Below, in pieces: positions 36,596-46,996 of a stretch of DNA of 64,000 nt (position 1 is its first letter; the number at the start of each line of letters is the position of its first letter). A program made the position numbers and the translations under genes. This stretch comes from an uncultured Candidatus Saccharibacteria bacterium (GTDB taxonomy: Bacteria > Patescibacteriota > Minisyncoccia > UBA6257 > UBA11618). The notes below the pieces were generated by a model, which was given only the letters and a program-made list of their open reading frames with translations, did no database searches and had not been told where the DNA came from. The stretch is taken from the NCBI GenBank assembly GCA_964363475.1, contig CAYIII010000002.1, forward strand, positions 6,661 through 70,660. Reading direction: 5' to 3'.

Positions 36596-37681
36596 ATGAA
36601 AATATTATTGATTACCAGTATTTTTCCTCCCGACATCGGAGGTCCGGCCGGTTATGTCTTTAATTTATTTAATGGATTGCGTCAGCTGAATCACGATGTA
36701 GATGTTATTGCTTACGGGAAAGACATATCTAAAAAATATCCTCTGCCTCTAAGAATGTTATTTTTTCTATTCTTAATTTTACAAAAAGGGAGAAAATATA
36801 ATTTATTTTATGCTCATGGAGGGTTATCGTCCACATTGCCGGCATTATTGGCGTGCAGATTATTAGGAAAAAAAATTGGAGTTAAGGTTACCGGTGACTA
36901 TGCATGGGAACAATCCACTAATTTAGGATTGGTTACGGATGACATAGATATTTTTCAGACAAAAAAATACGGTTTTTTTATTAAGATATTAAAATTATCG
37001 CAAAATTTTGTAGTCAAAAATTCTGATTTTATTGTTGCGCCAAGTCAATATTTAAAAAAAATGGTTGGCGAATGGGGAGTAAAGGAAGAAAAAATTTATA
37101 TTATATATAATTCGGTAATAATAAATTATTTACCGAGTATCCCCAAAGACGAATTCCAATATATATTATCCGTCGGTCGTTTAGTTTCTTGGAAAGGATT
37201 TGACGCGCTAATTGAGGCCTTTTCCGAAATTCGCGGTGATTTTACTAATTTAAAGTTAGTTATAGTTGGCGATGGGCCGCTCTTGTTTCGTCTCAAGGAA
37301 TTAGCAAAAAAAACTTCCTGCTCCGATAGTATTTTATTTACCGGAGCATTAAATAAAGAAGATGTTTTTCAATGGTATGCCAGAGCCAGTTGTTTTGTTT
37401 TATTTTCGGGATATGAGGGCTTGTCTCATGTTCTTTTGGAGGCGTTATCTTTTAAATTGCCGGTTATTGCAAGTGACAAAGGAGGCAATAAGGAACTTAT
37501 ACAAAATGGAATTAACGGCTTCTTAGTTCCTTGGAAGAATAAAGAATTATTAAAAAAATCTTTATATGATGTTTGCAATAACAAGAATTGTGTTATCAGG
37601 CCCGGATTGTTAAATAATCAGATTTTTTCTTGGCAATTTATGTTAAATTCCACGGTTAATCTTTTACAAAAATTTTCATGA
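36596..37681 (+). CDS. GT4 glycosyltransferase
   Basis: FPPDIGGPA, SVGRLVSWKG, YEGLSHVLLEA. Confidence 0.9.
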   Translation: MKILLITSIFPPDIGGPAGYVFNLFNGLRQLNHDVDVIAYGKDISKKYPLPLRMLFFLFLILQKGRKYNLFYAHGGLSSTLPALLACRLLGKKIGVKVTGDYAWEQSTNLGLVTDDIDIFQTKKYGFFIKILKLSQNFVVKNSDFIVAPSQYLKKMVGEWGVKEEKIYIIYNSVIINYLPSIPKDEFQYILSVGRLVSWKGFDALIEAFSEIRGDFTNLKLVIVGDGPLLFRLKELAKKTSCSDSILFTGALNKEDVFQWYARASCFVLFSGYEGLSHVLLEALSFKLPVIASDKGGNKELIQNGINGFLVPWKNKELLKKSLYDVCNNKNCVIRPGLLNNQIFSWQFMLNSTVNLLQKFS

Positions 37682-38754
37682 ATGTTTTAGCTATTGTGCA
37701 AAGAATGGACCATAACGATCCTTTTGGAGGTTTTATTTTTGACTGGATGATTGCTTTATCAAAAAAAGTAGATAGATTAGTGATACTAACATTAAAGAAA
37801 AATATAAAACTTCACGATGTGCCGAATAATGTCAGTATTTATTCTTTAGGTAAGGAAAAATATACCGGTTTTGGTTGTTGGCTTTTTTATCTTTATAACT
37901 GGCATCAGAATATTAAACAAATATTAAAAAAAGAAAAAATAGATATTGTATTTACTCATATGACGCCGACTTATTCGGTTTTAGCTTATCCGTATTTTTT
38001 TAGAAAAAAAATACCCATTGTAACTTGGTTTCTTCATCCTAAATTATCAGTAGTTCTTAAATTAGCTCATTATTGTTCGGCTAAAATTGTTTCGGCAATG
38101 CCGGCTTCTTATCCTTATAAAAAAGATAAGTTGATAGCAATAGGCCACGGTGTTAATACGGAAATTTTTAATTATGGAGAAGCTAATGATGATAAAAAGA
38201 TTATTTTAAGCGTCGGCAGATTGTCCCCTATCAAGGATTACGTTACTTTATTAAAAGCCGTTGCGTTGGGAGGCAAGCAATTCAAATTATTTATCATAGG
38301 AAGCTCGACTGATAGTAAAGACAGAAAATATGAAAAAGAGCTTTTAGATATTATTCGTATTTTAAATTTAGAAGAAAAAGTAAAGATTTTACCGGCGATG
38401 GCTATGAATGATTTATCTTATTGGTATAAACAATGTTTTGTTTTGGTTAATGCAACCCCGAATGGTTCTTTTGATAAAGTAGCGTTGGAGGCAATGGCTT
38501 GTAAAAAATTAATTTTAGTTGCAAGTAATAATTTTCAAGAAATTCTTGGTCCTTACCGTGATGAGCTTCTTTTTAAATTTGGAGATCATAATGATTTACA
38601 TAATAAATTAATTTCTATTTTCAATCTGCCTTCAAGCAAAAGAGATCAAATTACGCTATATCTTCAACGAAAAATAATCGAAGAATATAGTTTAGATAGC
38701 TTAATGGAAAGATTGGTTAAGGTTTTTGAATCAGTTAATGCTGAAAATATATGA
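37678..38754 (+). CDS. GT4 glycosyltransferase
   Basis: GHGVNT, SVGRLSPIK, GSFDKVALEAMAC. Confidence 0.88.
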   Translation: MNVLAIVQRMDHNDPFGGFIFDWMIALSKKVDRLVILTLKKNIKLHDVPNNVSIYSLGKEKYTGFGCWLFYLYNWHQNIKQILKKEKIDIVFTHMTPTYSVLAYPYFFRKKIPIVTWFLHPKLSVVLKLAHYCSAKIVSAMPASYPYKKDKLIAIGHGVNTEIFNYGEANDDKKIILSVGRLSPIKDYVTLLKAVALGGKQFKLFIIGSSTDSKDRKYEKELLDIIRILNLEEKVKILPAMAMNDLSYWYKQCFVLVNATPNGSFDKVALEAMACKKLILVASNNFQEILGPYRDELLFKFGDHNDLHNKLISIFNLPSSKRDQITLYLQRKIIEEYSLDSLMERLVKVFESVNAENI

Positions 38755-40940
38755 AGGTCTTAATGATTTCTATTGATAAAAAAATAGCTCAAACAAACTC
38801 AAAGAGCCAAAAAAGGATGGAGGATTACGGCAGTATAGTTGATGAATTGCATATCGTAGTTTTAACCCCCTTTGTTTTGGGAGGTTCAAATACTATAAAA
38901 ATTGGCAATGTTTTTATCTATCCGACAAATAACAGATTCAAAATTTTTTACTTTTTAAAAGCTCTTTTAATAGGCAGAAATATTATAAAAAAGTTTAAAT
39001 TTTCCAATAATTCCGATTTAATTACCACTCAAGATTCATTTCCAACCGGTATAGTTGGTTATTGTTTAAAAATAATTTATGGATTGCCCCTGCAAATTCA
39101 GGTTCATATTAATTTTTTTAATCCATTCTTCTTAAGAGAATCTATTTTGAATAAAATTTATTTTTTATGCGCCGGATTTTTATTGCCCAGAGTCAATAAT
39201 ATAAGAGTTGTTTCCTGTGAGATAAGGGATTATTTAATTGAAAAATTAAAAATAAATTCCGATAAAATATCGGTCTTACCGGTTTTCGCCAATTTTAACT
39301 TTATTAACCAGTATTCGGCAAAAATTAATTTGCACGATAAATATCCGCAGTTCAATTTCATTATCTTAATGCCTACTAGATTGGTGAGGCAAAAAAATAT
39401 AAAAATGGCGATGTGCGCAATGCATAAATTGGTAAAAAAATATCCTCAAATAGGTCTTGTTATGCCGAGTACGGGACCAGAAGAAAAAAATCTTAAAGAA
39501 TTAAGTCGGGCGCTGAAATTAGAAAATAACATAATTTTTGAATCATGGGATTGCGACTTATTTTCTTACTATAAAACTGCCGATTTGTTCTTATTAACAT
39601 CTAATTATGAAGGTTGGGCTTTAACTGTTACCGAAGCAATGGCCTCTTCACTCCCTGTGATAAGCACCAAGGTTGGGTGTGCTAACGAAATAATTAAGGA
39701 TGGTCATAATGGATTACTGGTCTCTTTAAACGATAGCGAAGAATTATATAAGGCCATTGAAAAATTATACTTAAATTTAGATCTTTGCAAAAATATAGCC
39801 AAGAATGGTTATGAATCCATAAAAAATTTACATCCGGTCACCAAAGAGGAATATTTAAACAAATATTTAGATGGATTTAAAAAAACTCTTTATGTTAAAC
39901 CGCTTTGGAAAACAATGCCATTAGCAATTAAAAAGTTTAACTTATCTTATAGTTTGCCAAATAATTTATTGCCTGCCTTACCTATTATGGCTGGATTTAG
40001 AAAAAATAAAGATAATGGCAAGCCCACCGTTTTAATATGTTCTATATCAGAGGATTACGTAAAATTATGGTTATATTTTGCCAGTAAATTTCTTAATAAT
40101 AAAGATTGGAATTTTTTAGTGGTTGACGGCGCGGGAGATATTGATTCAAAAATATTAAACAACGATTTAAGCGTTAAGGTAATAAAGTTTTTAAATATTT
40201 ATCATGGGCAAAAAGTAGATATAGTTTTGAGAAAAATTATTAATTCCAATTTAGTTTTTCTTTGCGATGATGATAAATATATTATTTCTGACATTAATCC
40301 GGCGTTAAATTTATTATCTGACGATAAGATTAAGGCCGTATCTTTATGCCATCGTACCTGGTATAAAAATTTAATAAATAATAGGGAGTATTGGCCAATG
40401 GGCTCTTACGCGCTACTTTTTAATAGAAAATTTTTTATAGAAAATCAGATTAAAATTAAATCTCGTCGTCATTTAAAAACAAAAAATAGAATTTTTTTAA
40501 ATAACGCGAAGTCCAATTTCGGATATGATACATCTGATTATGCCAATGAACAAATATTATCAATGGGTTACAATATCCCAACTTATCCGGAAGGAAAATA
40601 TGTGTTGGGATTTAATAATATGAGCGGATGCAGAATTTTACTGATGTATTATGGAGTAAATTACATCAAACAAGTTTTATTGCAGGCAAAACATTTTGAA
40701 GGCATTAACGGGTCAATTATTAATTCGCTGTATTGTCGCAGTCATTTTGAGAAATTATTTTATGATGCGTTTAATAAAACGCCAAAACTTGTATCCGGCT
40801 TCAATATGGGGGACTTAATTGATATAGTTAATAATAATCGTAATATTACCCAAGAACAAAAGGAGAAAATATTATTTTGCTTTCAAAGTATTGACTCAAC
40901 ATATAAAAAATTGAATCAATTAATAAAAACAGGCGCTTAA
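38751..40940 (+). CDS. GT4 glycosyltransferase fused to a C-terminal putative GT-A domain
   Basis: N-half TSNYEGWALTVTEAMAS; C-half FLVVDG...VFLCDDDKY. Confidence 0.8.
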   Translation: MKVLMISIDKKIAQTNSKSQKRMEDYGSIVDELHIVVLTPFVLGGSNTIKIGNVFIYPTNNRFKIFYFLKALLIGRNIIKKFKFSNNSDLITTQDSFPTGIVGYCLKIIYGLPLQIQVHINFFNPFFLRESILNKIYFLCAGFLLPRVNNIRVVSCEIRDYLIEKLKINSDKISVLPVFANFNFINQYSAKINLHDKYPQFNFIILMPTRLVRQKNIKMAMCAMHKLVKKYPQIGLVMPSTGPEEKNLKELSRALKLENNIIFESWDCDLFSYYKTADLFLLTSNYEGWALTVTEAMASSLPVISTKVGCANEIIKDGHNGLLVSLNDSEELYKAIEKLYLNLDLCKNIAKNGYESIKNLHPVTKEEYLNKYLDGFKKTLYVKPLWKTMPLAIKKFNLSYSLPNNLLPALPIMAGFRKNKDNGKPTVLICSISEDYVKLWLYFASKFLNNKDWNFLVVDGAGDIDSKILNNDLSVKVIKFLNIYHGQKVDIVLRKIINSNLVFLCDDDKYIISDINPALNLLSDDKIKAVSLCHRTWYKNLINNREYWPMGSYALLFNRKFFIENQIKIKSRRHLKTKNRIFLNNAKSNFGYDTSDYANEQILSMGYNIPTYPEGKYVLGFNNMSGCRILLMYYGVNYIKQVLLQAKHFEGINGSIINSLYCRSHFEKLFYDAFNKTPKLVSGFNMGDLIDIVNNNRNITQEQKEKILFCFQSIDSTYKKLNQLIKTGA

Positions 40941-40950
40941 ATCGCCTGTT
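40925..40950 (-). terminator. Terminator of the 81-aa gene
   Basis: Minus strand AACAGGCG-ATTTAAG-CGCCTGTT-TTT. Confidence 0.7.
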
Positions 40951-41194
40951 ACAACTTATCTGGACACTCCACCTTATCCGGACATTTTGTTCCGGAAAGC
41001 CATTGAACTTTCTTATCTAACAGTTCTTTACATTTCTCCAAAAAAATAATTGCTTCTTCTTCTGACATCTTGATTCTTTCCAAATGTTTCAAGCAGGCAT
41101 CTCTGTTGTAATTCAAAATATACATTAATGTATTTTCTCCTGAATAAGTTACTTTACCGCCAATAATCAAATCCCTAAAGTCGGCTTGATTCAT
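40949..41194 (-). CDS. Small hypothetical protein
   Basis: 81 aa; own promoter TTGATA-17-TAAAAT, very strong SD AAGGAGG and terminator support a real gene. Confidence 0.7.
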   Translation of the reverse strand: MNQADFRDLIIGGKVTYSGENTLMYILNYNRDACLKHLERIKMSEEEAIIFLEKCKELLDKKVQWLSGTKCPDKVECPDKL

Positions 41195-41237
41195 CGTTCC
41201 CCCTCCTTAGATTTTCAAGAAACAAACCTGACGCATT

Positions 41238-41771
41238 TTACAAGATATTCAATATTTTATCAACAACCTGCTCTTCAGACAAATTGCCGGTAGTTATTCT
41301 TTTTTCAGAATATTTTTTATATAGAGGTAATCTGTAATTATAAACCTTTCTCAATCCCCCTTTTTCTTTGAGGCCGATTACAGCCCCGCGAGTTTTGCCA
41401 TGCGTTGTTCTATCTTCAATAAGAGAAAATGGCGTGTCTATAAAAATAATTAACGCGTTCTTTCTTAATTCTTCCATAGCTTTTTTAGATAAAATAATAC
41501 TCCCTCCCGGGGAGATTACGGTATTTCGAGGTTTATTTTTAAGCAAATTAATCAAGTATTTTTCTTCCAGCTCTATGAATTTTTTCTCCCCGACATCTTT
41601 TATGATTTGGTCAAGATTTTTTTTGCACTTTATTTCCAGCAAATCGTCTATGTCCAGAAATATGAATTTAAGCTTGAAGGCCAGTTTTTTGCCAACCATG
41701 CTCTTTCCCGCTCCAGCCATACCTATTAGGGCGATATTTTGTTTGCTTATAGTATTTTTTTTTATTAGCAT
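41238..41771 (-). CDS. aroK: Shikimate kinase family protein
   Basis: LIGMAGAGKSMVG P-loop, DIDD, FIELE, VISPGGS, RLPLY; ATG 41771 preferred. Confidence 0.8.
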   Translation of the reverse strand: MLIKKNTISKQNIALIGMAGAGKSMVGKKLAFKLKFIFLDIDDLLEIKCKKNLDQIIKDVGEKKFIELEEKYLINLLKNKPRNTVISPGGSIILSKKAMEELRKNALIIFIDTPFSLIEDRTTHGKTRGAVIGLKEKGGLRKVYNYRLPLYKKYSEKRITTGNLSEEQVVDKILNIL

Positions 41772-41789
41772 TGGTGTTATTAAATAATA

Positions 41790-43028
41790 ATGAATACCAG
41801 CCATTATATAGCATCCTGCAGAATTTGCCAAAACAAAACACTTGTCCCTTTTTTTGACCTTGGCCACCATCCCTTAGCTAATTCTCTTATTAAAAATTTA
41901 GATAAAAAAGAATTTTTTTTTCCTTTATGTTTATGTTGGTGCAATGCTTGTAAGGTTGTTCAATTAAATTATACAGTTGACCCTAAAATTCTTTTTTCAA
42001 ATTATTTTTGGGTTACCGGCACCTCTCAAACGGCTAAAGATTTTTCTTTTAAGTTTTATCAAAAACTAATCAAGCGTTCTGTTAATTCTTCCAAAAATTT
42101 TGTTTTAGAAATAGCGAGCAATGACGGCACTTTTTTAAGGCCTTTCATTAAAAATGGCTATAAGGTTATGGGAGTTGATCCCGCTAAAAATGTTGTGGAG
42201 ATAGCTCAAAAAAACAATATACCCACTATTTGCGGATTTTGGAATAAAAGTTTCGCAATTAAATTTAAAAAGAAATACGGACTAGCACAAATAATCTTTG
42301 CTAGAAATGTTTTGCCTCATGTTAACGATATTCATGGTTTTATAGATGGGGCGGTATATTGTTTAAGCGACGATGGAATATTGGCTATTGAGGCGCATTA
42401 TGCCGGTAATATTTTAGACGGTTTGCATTACGATTCAATTTATCATGAGCATTTATTTTACTTTACTTTAAAATCACTGGAAGGATTATTTAATAAATTT
42501 AATTTATTTATTTTTGACATTGAACCAAGTCCTATTAGTGGAGGAGCCATTATTGTTTATGCTAAAAAGAAAAAAGTAGCGGAAAATAATAATCTTAAAA
42601 AATATAGAAATTATGAATTAAAAAATAAGATTAATAGTTTTTTGAGTTGGAAAAAATTTGCTAATAACGCTTTCAGACATAAAAAAGAATTAATCAATTT
42701 AATGAAAAATATACCTAATAAAGAAAATAATCTAATTGGATGGGGAGCATCTGCCAGAAGCTCCACTCTATTGAATTTTTGTAAAATTGATTCTAAAATA
42801 ATACCTGTTATTGCCGACCAAAATTTTTTAAAGCATAAACATTTTACTGCCGGCTCCCATATTTTGATTGATTCTCCGGATTCAGTTATGAAAAGAAAGC
42901 CGAAATTTGTAATAATTTTAGCGTGGAATTTTACTAAAGAAATAATCGGCATATTAAAAAATAAATATAAATATTCCGGTAAATATATAATTCCATTGCC
43001 GAATAAACCCAAAATTCAATTAAAATAA
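41790..43028 (+). CDS. NDP-hexose C-methyltransferase family (SAM, Zn-binding N-terminus)
   Basis: CRIC, DLGHHPLANS, CNAC, EIASNDG, DSIYHEH, GWGASAR, ILAWNF. Confidence 0.88.
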   Translation: MNTSHYIASCRICQNKTLVPFFDLGHHPLANSLIKNLDKKEFFFPLCLCWCNACKVVQLNYTVDPKILFSNYFWVTGTSQTAKDFSFKFYQKLIKRSVNSSKNFVLEIASNDGTFLRPFIKNGYKVMGVDPAKNVVEIAQKNNIPTICGFWNKSFAIKFKKKYGLAQIIFARNVLPHVNDIHGFIDGAVYCLSDDGILAIEAHYAGNILDGLHYDSIYHEHLFYFTLKSLEGLFNKFNLFIFDIEPSPISGGAIIVYAKKKKVAENNNLKKYRNYELKNKINSFLSWKKFANNAFRHKKELINLMKNIPNKENNLIGWGASARSSTLLNFCKIDSKIIPVIADQNFLKHKHFTAGSHILIDSPDSVMKRKPKFVIILAWNFTKEIIGILKNKYKYSGKYIIPLPNKPKIQLK

Positions 43029-43029
43029 A

Positions 43030-43557
43030 ATGATTTTTACAAAAACATCAATTAACGGTTTATATGTTATTGAATTAGAACCTAAAATGGATGAACGAGG
43101 TTATTTTTTAAGAGTTTTTTGCCAGGACGAATTCAAAAATGCCGGTCTTAATTATAATATAATAAACACAAATCGTTCTTTCAGCAGATATAAGGGCACT
43201 GTAAGAGGCCTTCATTTTCAAAAAGAGCCAATGGCCGAAGTAAAAATTGTTCAATGTTTAAGGGGTAGGATATTTGATGTGGTTGTTGATTTAAGAACAG
43301 AGTCATCAACCTATAAGCAGTGGTTTGGAATAGAATTAACTGAAAATAATAATAAAATGCTTTATGTGCCCAAGGGATTTGCTCATGGCATACAAACTTT
43401 ATCGGATAATTGTATTTTAGAATATTTTATAAATCAGTTCTATTCTCCACAACATGAAGGTGGATTTCTTTGGAATGACCCGGCTTTTAAAATTATTTGG
43501 CCATTGCCAGTTTCTGTAATGTCAGAAAGAGATAAAAAATGGCGTTTATTTAATTAA
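43030..43557 (+). CDS. rfbC: dTDP-4-dehydrorhamnose 3,5-epimerase family
   Basis: DERGYF, GTVRGLHFQ, DVVVDLR, YVPKGFAHG, WNDP. Confidence 0.88.
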   Translation: MIFTKTSINGLYVIELEPKMDERGYFLRVFCQDEFKNAGLNYNIINTNRSFSRYKGTVRGLHFQKEPMAEVKIVQCLRGRIFDVVVDLRTESSTYKQWFGIELTENNNKMLYVPKGFAHGIQTLSDNCILEYFINQFYSPQHEGGFLWNDPAFKIIWPLPVSVMSERDKKWRLFN

Positions 43558-43560
43558 TTT

Positions 43561-44541
43561 ATGATAATATCCAGAACGCCATTGCGTATAAGTTTTGCCG
43601 GCGGTGGTTCTGATTTTAAGTTATTTTATAAAAATGGCTATGGTTCAGTAGTAAGCGCCACTATTAATAAATATGTTTATGTGATTGTAAATAAAAGAAT
43701 TGATAATTTAATTCGTGTTGGTTATTCAAAAACAGAATTTATCAGCGATGTTAATGAGATAGAGCATGATATTATACGGGAGTCATTAAAATTTTTAAAA
43801 ATAGATAAAGCATTAGACATTACCTATATTGGCGATATCTCAATTGGTAATATGGGTACCGGATTGGGGTCCTCCAGCGCTCTTGCCGTTGGCGTTTTAA
43901 ATGCCTTATATGCCTATAAAAACCAAACAGTTTCTCCAGAAAAATTGGCTCAAGACGCTTGTAAGATAGAAATAGATATTCTCAAGAGACCCATTGGCAA
44001 ACAAGACCAATACGCCTCCGCGTATGGCGGATTAAATTTTATAAAATTTAATCCCGATGAAAGCGTAAGCGTAAAATCGCTAAAAATTAAAAAAGAGATC
44101 AGAGAAAAACTTAATAGTAATTTGCTAATGTTTAATACTGGCCTCAATGTCCAATCAAGCGTTGTTTTAAATGAACAAAAAAATAGAATTAAGAATAACT
44201 ACGAACTCTTATCGGGAGTTGTTAAACTATCCCAAGTATTAGAAAAAAATTTAAACAAACAAAATATAAATGATTTTGGACAAATATTACATCGAAATTG
44301 GCTTTTAAAAAAACAATTTGCTGCTAAAGTCAGTAATAGTATCATTGATAGTTATTATAATTTAGCATTGGAAGCAGGCGCTTCCGGCGGTAAAATTTTA
44401 GGTTCGGGGGGCGGTGGTTATTTACTTTTTCATTGCAATTCAGAAAAATCCAAAAAACAAGTAAAGCGGGCGCTTGCTGGTTTGGAGGAATTAAATTTTA
44501 AATTTGCCCCTGTGGGCAGTGAAATAGTTTATTCTGACTAA
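43561..44541 (+). CDS. hddA: D-glycero-alpha-D-manno-heptose 7-phosphate kinase-like GHMP kinase
   Basis: RTPLRISFAGGGSD, GLGSSS, GKQDQY, GKILGSGGGGY. Confidence 0.8.
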   Translation: MIISRTPLRISFAGGGSDFKLFYKNGYGSVVSATINKYVYVIVNKRIDNLIRVGYSKTEFISDVNEIEHDIIRESLKFLKIDKALDITYIGDISIGNMGTGLGSSSALAVGVLNALYAYKNQTVSPEKLAQDACKIEIDILKRPIGKQDQYASAYGGLNFIKFNPDESVSVKSLKIKKEIREKLNSNLLMFNTGLNVQSSVVLNEQKNRIKNNYELLSGVVKLSQVLEKNLNKQNINDFGQILHRNWLLKKQFAAKVSNSIIDSYYNLALEAGASGGKILGSGGGGYLLFHCNSEKSKKQVKRALAGLEELNFKFAPVGSEIVYSD

Positions 44542-44545
44542 TAAA

Positions 44546-45538
44546 ATGAAAAAGGAAAAAATTCTTATAACGGGCATAACCGGATTTGTGGGTTCACATA
44601 TGGCGGATTATTTATTGGCAAGGGGCAATGTTGATGTCTATGGGTTAAAAAGATGGAATTTATCACGAATGAGAAATATTCATCACATTCTTGATAAAAT
44701 AAATTTGTTAGATTGCGATATTACCGACCCAATTAGCGCTCGCAGAATAATTAAAGAAATAAAGCCGGACAAAGTTTTTCATTTTGCGGCTGAAAGTTTT
44801 GTAAGTCCATCATGGCATCATCCCAATCATTATATGGATGTTAATTATAAAGGCACGGTTAATTTATTAGATGCTATTTTAGAAACCGGCATTAATCCTA
44901 GATTTCATATTGCCAGTTCTTGTGAAGAATATGGGGAGATAAATAAAAACGAATTACCTATTACAGAAAATACGGTTCTGAGACCAGTTAATCCATATGC
45001 CGTAAGTAAAGTTGCGCAAAATTTTATAGGTTATGTTTATTTTAAGTCCTATGGTTTAAATATTATTAGGACTAGAGCATTTAATCATGAAGGTCCTCGT
45101 AGAGATTATGTTTTTGGAATACCGTGGTATGCCTATCAAATCGCCCTTATAGAGCATGGAAAACAAAAACCAATGGTGCGTGTCGGTTACATTAAGGATA
45201 AAAGAAATTTTACCCACATTAGCGATATCGTAAAGGCGTATTGGTTAGCCATGGAAAAATGTAATTCGGGAGAATTATATTTAATTGGTTCTGACGAAAG
45301 CGCTCATATCCATACTTTTAAAGAAGCTCTCGAAGCACTTATTAAAATGTCATCAGTAAAAAAAATAGAATTTGAACAAGACCCCAAATTTGTAAGGCCT
45401 AGCTCTGTTCCTAATTTAATTGGCAATACTAGCAAGTTTAGAAAACTTACTGGCTGGAAGCCAAAAATAGGATTTAAACAGATTCTTGAAGATACCCTTA
45501 ATTATTGGAGAAGATTCGTAAAAAATGACGCCTATTAA
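44546..45538 (+). CDS. GDP-sugar 4,6-dehydratase/reductase (GMD/DmhA-like SDR)
   Basis: TGITGFVGSH, AAESFV, YAVSK, FNHEGPRR; between hddA and hddC. Confidence 0.8.
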   Translation: MKKEKILITGITGFVGSHMADYLLARGNVDVYGLKRWNLSRMRNIHHILDKINLLDCDITDPISARRIIKEIKPDKVFHFAAESFVSPSWHHPNHYMDVNYKGTVNLLDAILETGINPRFHIASSCEEYGEINKNELPITENTVLRPVNPYAVSKVAQNFIGYVYFKSYGLNIIRTRAFNHEGPRRDYVFGIPWYAYQIALIEHGKQKPMVRVGYIKDKRNFTHISDIVKAYWLAMEKCNSGELYLIGSDESAHIHTFKEALEALIKMSSVKKIEFEQDPKFVRPSSVPNLIGNTSKFRKLTGWKPKIGFKQILEDTLNYWRRFVKNDAY

Positions 45539-46271
45539 ATTAAAACAAGCGGTAATATTAGCCGGTGGTCTGGGAGTTCGTTTGCGTCCCCTGACAAATA
45601 ATGTTCCAAAGCCGATGGTGAAAGTGAATGAAAGGCCGTTTTTGGAACATCTTTTTGAACTGCTCAAATCAAATGGAATCAGTGAAGTAGTTTTGCTTTT
45701 GGGATATCTGCCAGAAAAATTTATAAATTATTTTGGCGATGGTTCCGGTTTCGGCTTAAAAATAAAATATTCTATTGGGGATGTTGATTGGGAAAGCGGA
45801 ACAAGAATAAAAAAAGCCAGGCATTTATTTGATGACCAATTTCTTTTAATGTATGGCGATATTTATTGGCCGCTTAATCTGAAAAGGATAATGGATTCTT
45901 ATAATAAGATGGGATTGCCGGCTATGATGACTGTTTATAATAATTACAAGAAGGATGGTGAATATAAAATAAATAATGTTGATATTAATGAAAATAGTAT
46001 CATCACTTATTATGGAAATTGTATGGATAAGATTGGGTTTAGCGGTTTAGATATAGGATTTTTTATTTTAAAAAAAGATGTTTTAAAAAGAATGCCAAAT
46101 GATAATTTTAATTTTCAGAATGGTTATTTGCCCAAATTAATTTCTAAAAGACAATTAGCCGCCTATATAACTAATGAACAGTATTGCACCATCACGAACA
46201 TAGATTTTTTTAAAAAAGCCGAGGTTTTTTTAAAGAAAATTAATAAAAAACTGCCCAAAAAGGACAGTTAA
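45525..46271 (+). CDS. Sugar-phosphate nucleotidyltransferase (HddC-like)
   Basis: ILAGGLGVRLRPLT..PKPM, YGD. Confidence 0.85.
   Translation: MTPIKLKQAVILAGGLGVRLRPLTNNVPKPMVKVNERPFLEHLFELLKSNGISEVVLLLGYLPEKFINYFGDGSGFGLKIKYSIGDVDWESGTRIKKARHLFDDQFLLMYGDIYWPLNLKRIMDSYNKMGLPAMMTVYNNYKKDGEYKINNVDINENSIITYYGNCMDKIGFSGLDIGFFILKKDVLKRMPNDNFNFQNGYLPKLISKRQLAAYITNEQYCTITNIDFFKKAEVFLKKINKKLPKKDS
46245..46270 (-). terminator. Terminator of HD gene inside the nucleotidyltransferase 3' end
   Basis: Minus strand AACTGTCC-TTTTT-GGGCAGTT-TTTT. Confidence 0.65.
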
Positions 46272-46996
46272 ACTTCTTCATGCTGATGAACAAAATTTGG
46301 CGAATAAAGCAAGGGAATAGATTCCTGCTTTTTGTCATGTCCAAGCAGGCCGGCTAATTTTGTTTCTATTGGAATTACAATAGAATCATAAACTTCTCTA
46401 TGAGTTTTCCCGTGTTTTTCGGCAAAAACTTTTCCCAAATGAAAATATCTTCCCCCTTCCTCAAAATGCGGCTTGAGGTCATCAAACCGTCTTTTATAAG
46501 TAGTAACTTGATAGTTTGAAGTACAACAATCGGCATAGAATACTATCATTGCATCAAGATCGGCATCGCCACTTAGCATCCTTTCGATGCCAATATCGCC
46601 AGTAGTGCTTGCAAGCGAAACAACGTGTTCCGGTATCCCCATTTTTAGCAATAACTCAAAACCCTCTTTATCCGTTTTCCCCCCTTCTTGCTCTTGTCGT
46701 TTAAACCAATCATGCAACAACAATGCTCGAACAACTGAATTTAGTGAAACGCCATGTCTTTTGGTATTTAAAGCCAAATTGTAACCCAATGTGGCAGAAA
46801 CAGCCATATGGGCCACAACATTAAGCCAAGATCGTTTTAAACGATAATTATCATCCCATTGCGGATGCAAAAGACCGCCAACCTCCCAAATACGCAATAT
46901 AAGATCGTCAAAACAATGATCTGGAAAATACTCCATGCATCTTGATATAACAGCGTTTATTTCACAATTTTGAGCGAAATAATCGCATGCGTTCAT
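46268..46996 (-). CDS. HD-domain protein (putative phosphohydrolase)
   Basis: AHM...ALLLHDWFK...IVFYAD (H..HD..D); own promoter TTGACC-17-TACAGT and SD AAGGAG. Confidence 0.7.
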   Translation of the reverse strand: MNACDYFAQNCEINAVISRCMEYFPDHCFDDLILRIWEVGGLLHPQWDDNYRLKRSWLNVVAHMAVSATLGYNLALNTKRHGVSLNSVVRALLLHDWFKRQEQEGGKTDKEGFELLLKMGIPEHVVSLASTTGDIGIERMLSGDADLDAMIVFYADCCTSNYQVTTYKRRFDDLKPHFEEGGRYFHLGKVFAEKHGKTHREVYDSIVIPIETKLAGLLGHDKKQESIPLLYSPNFVHQHEEV

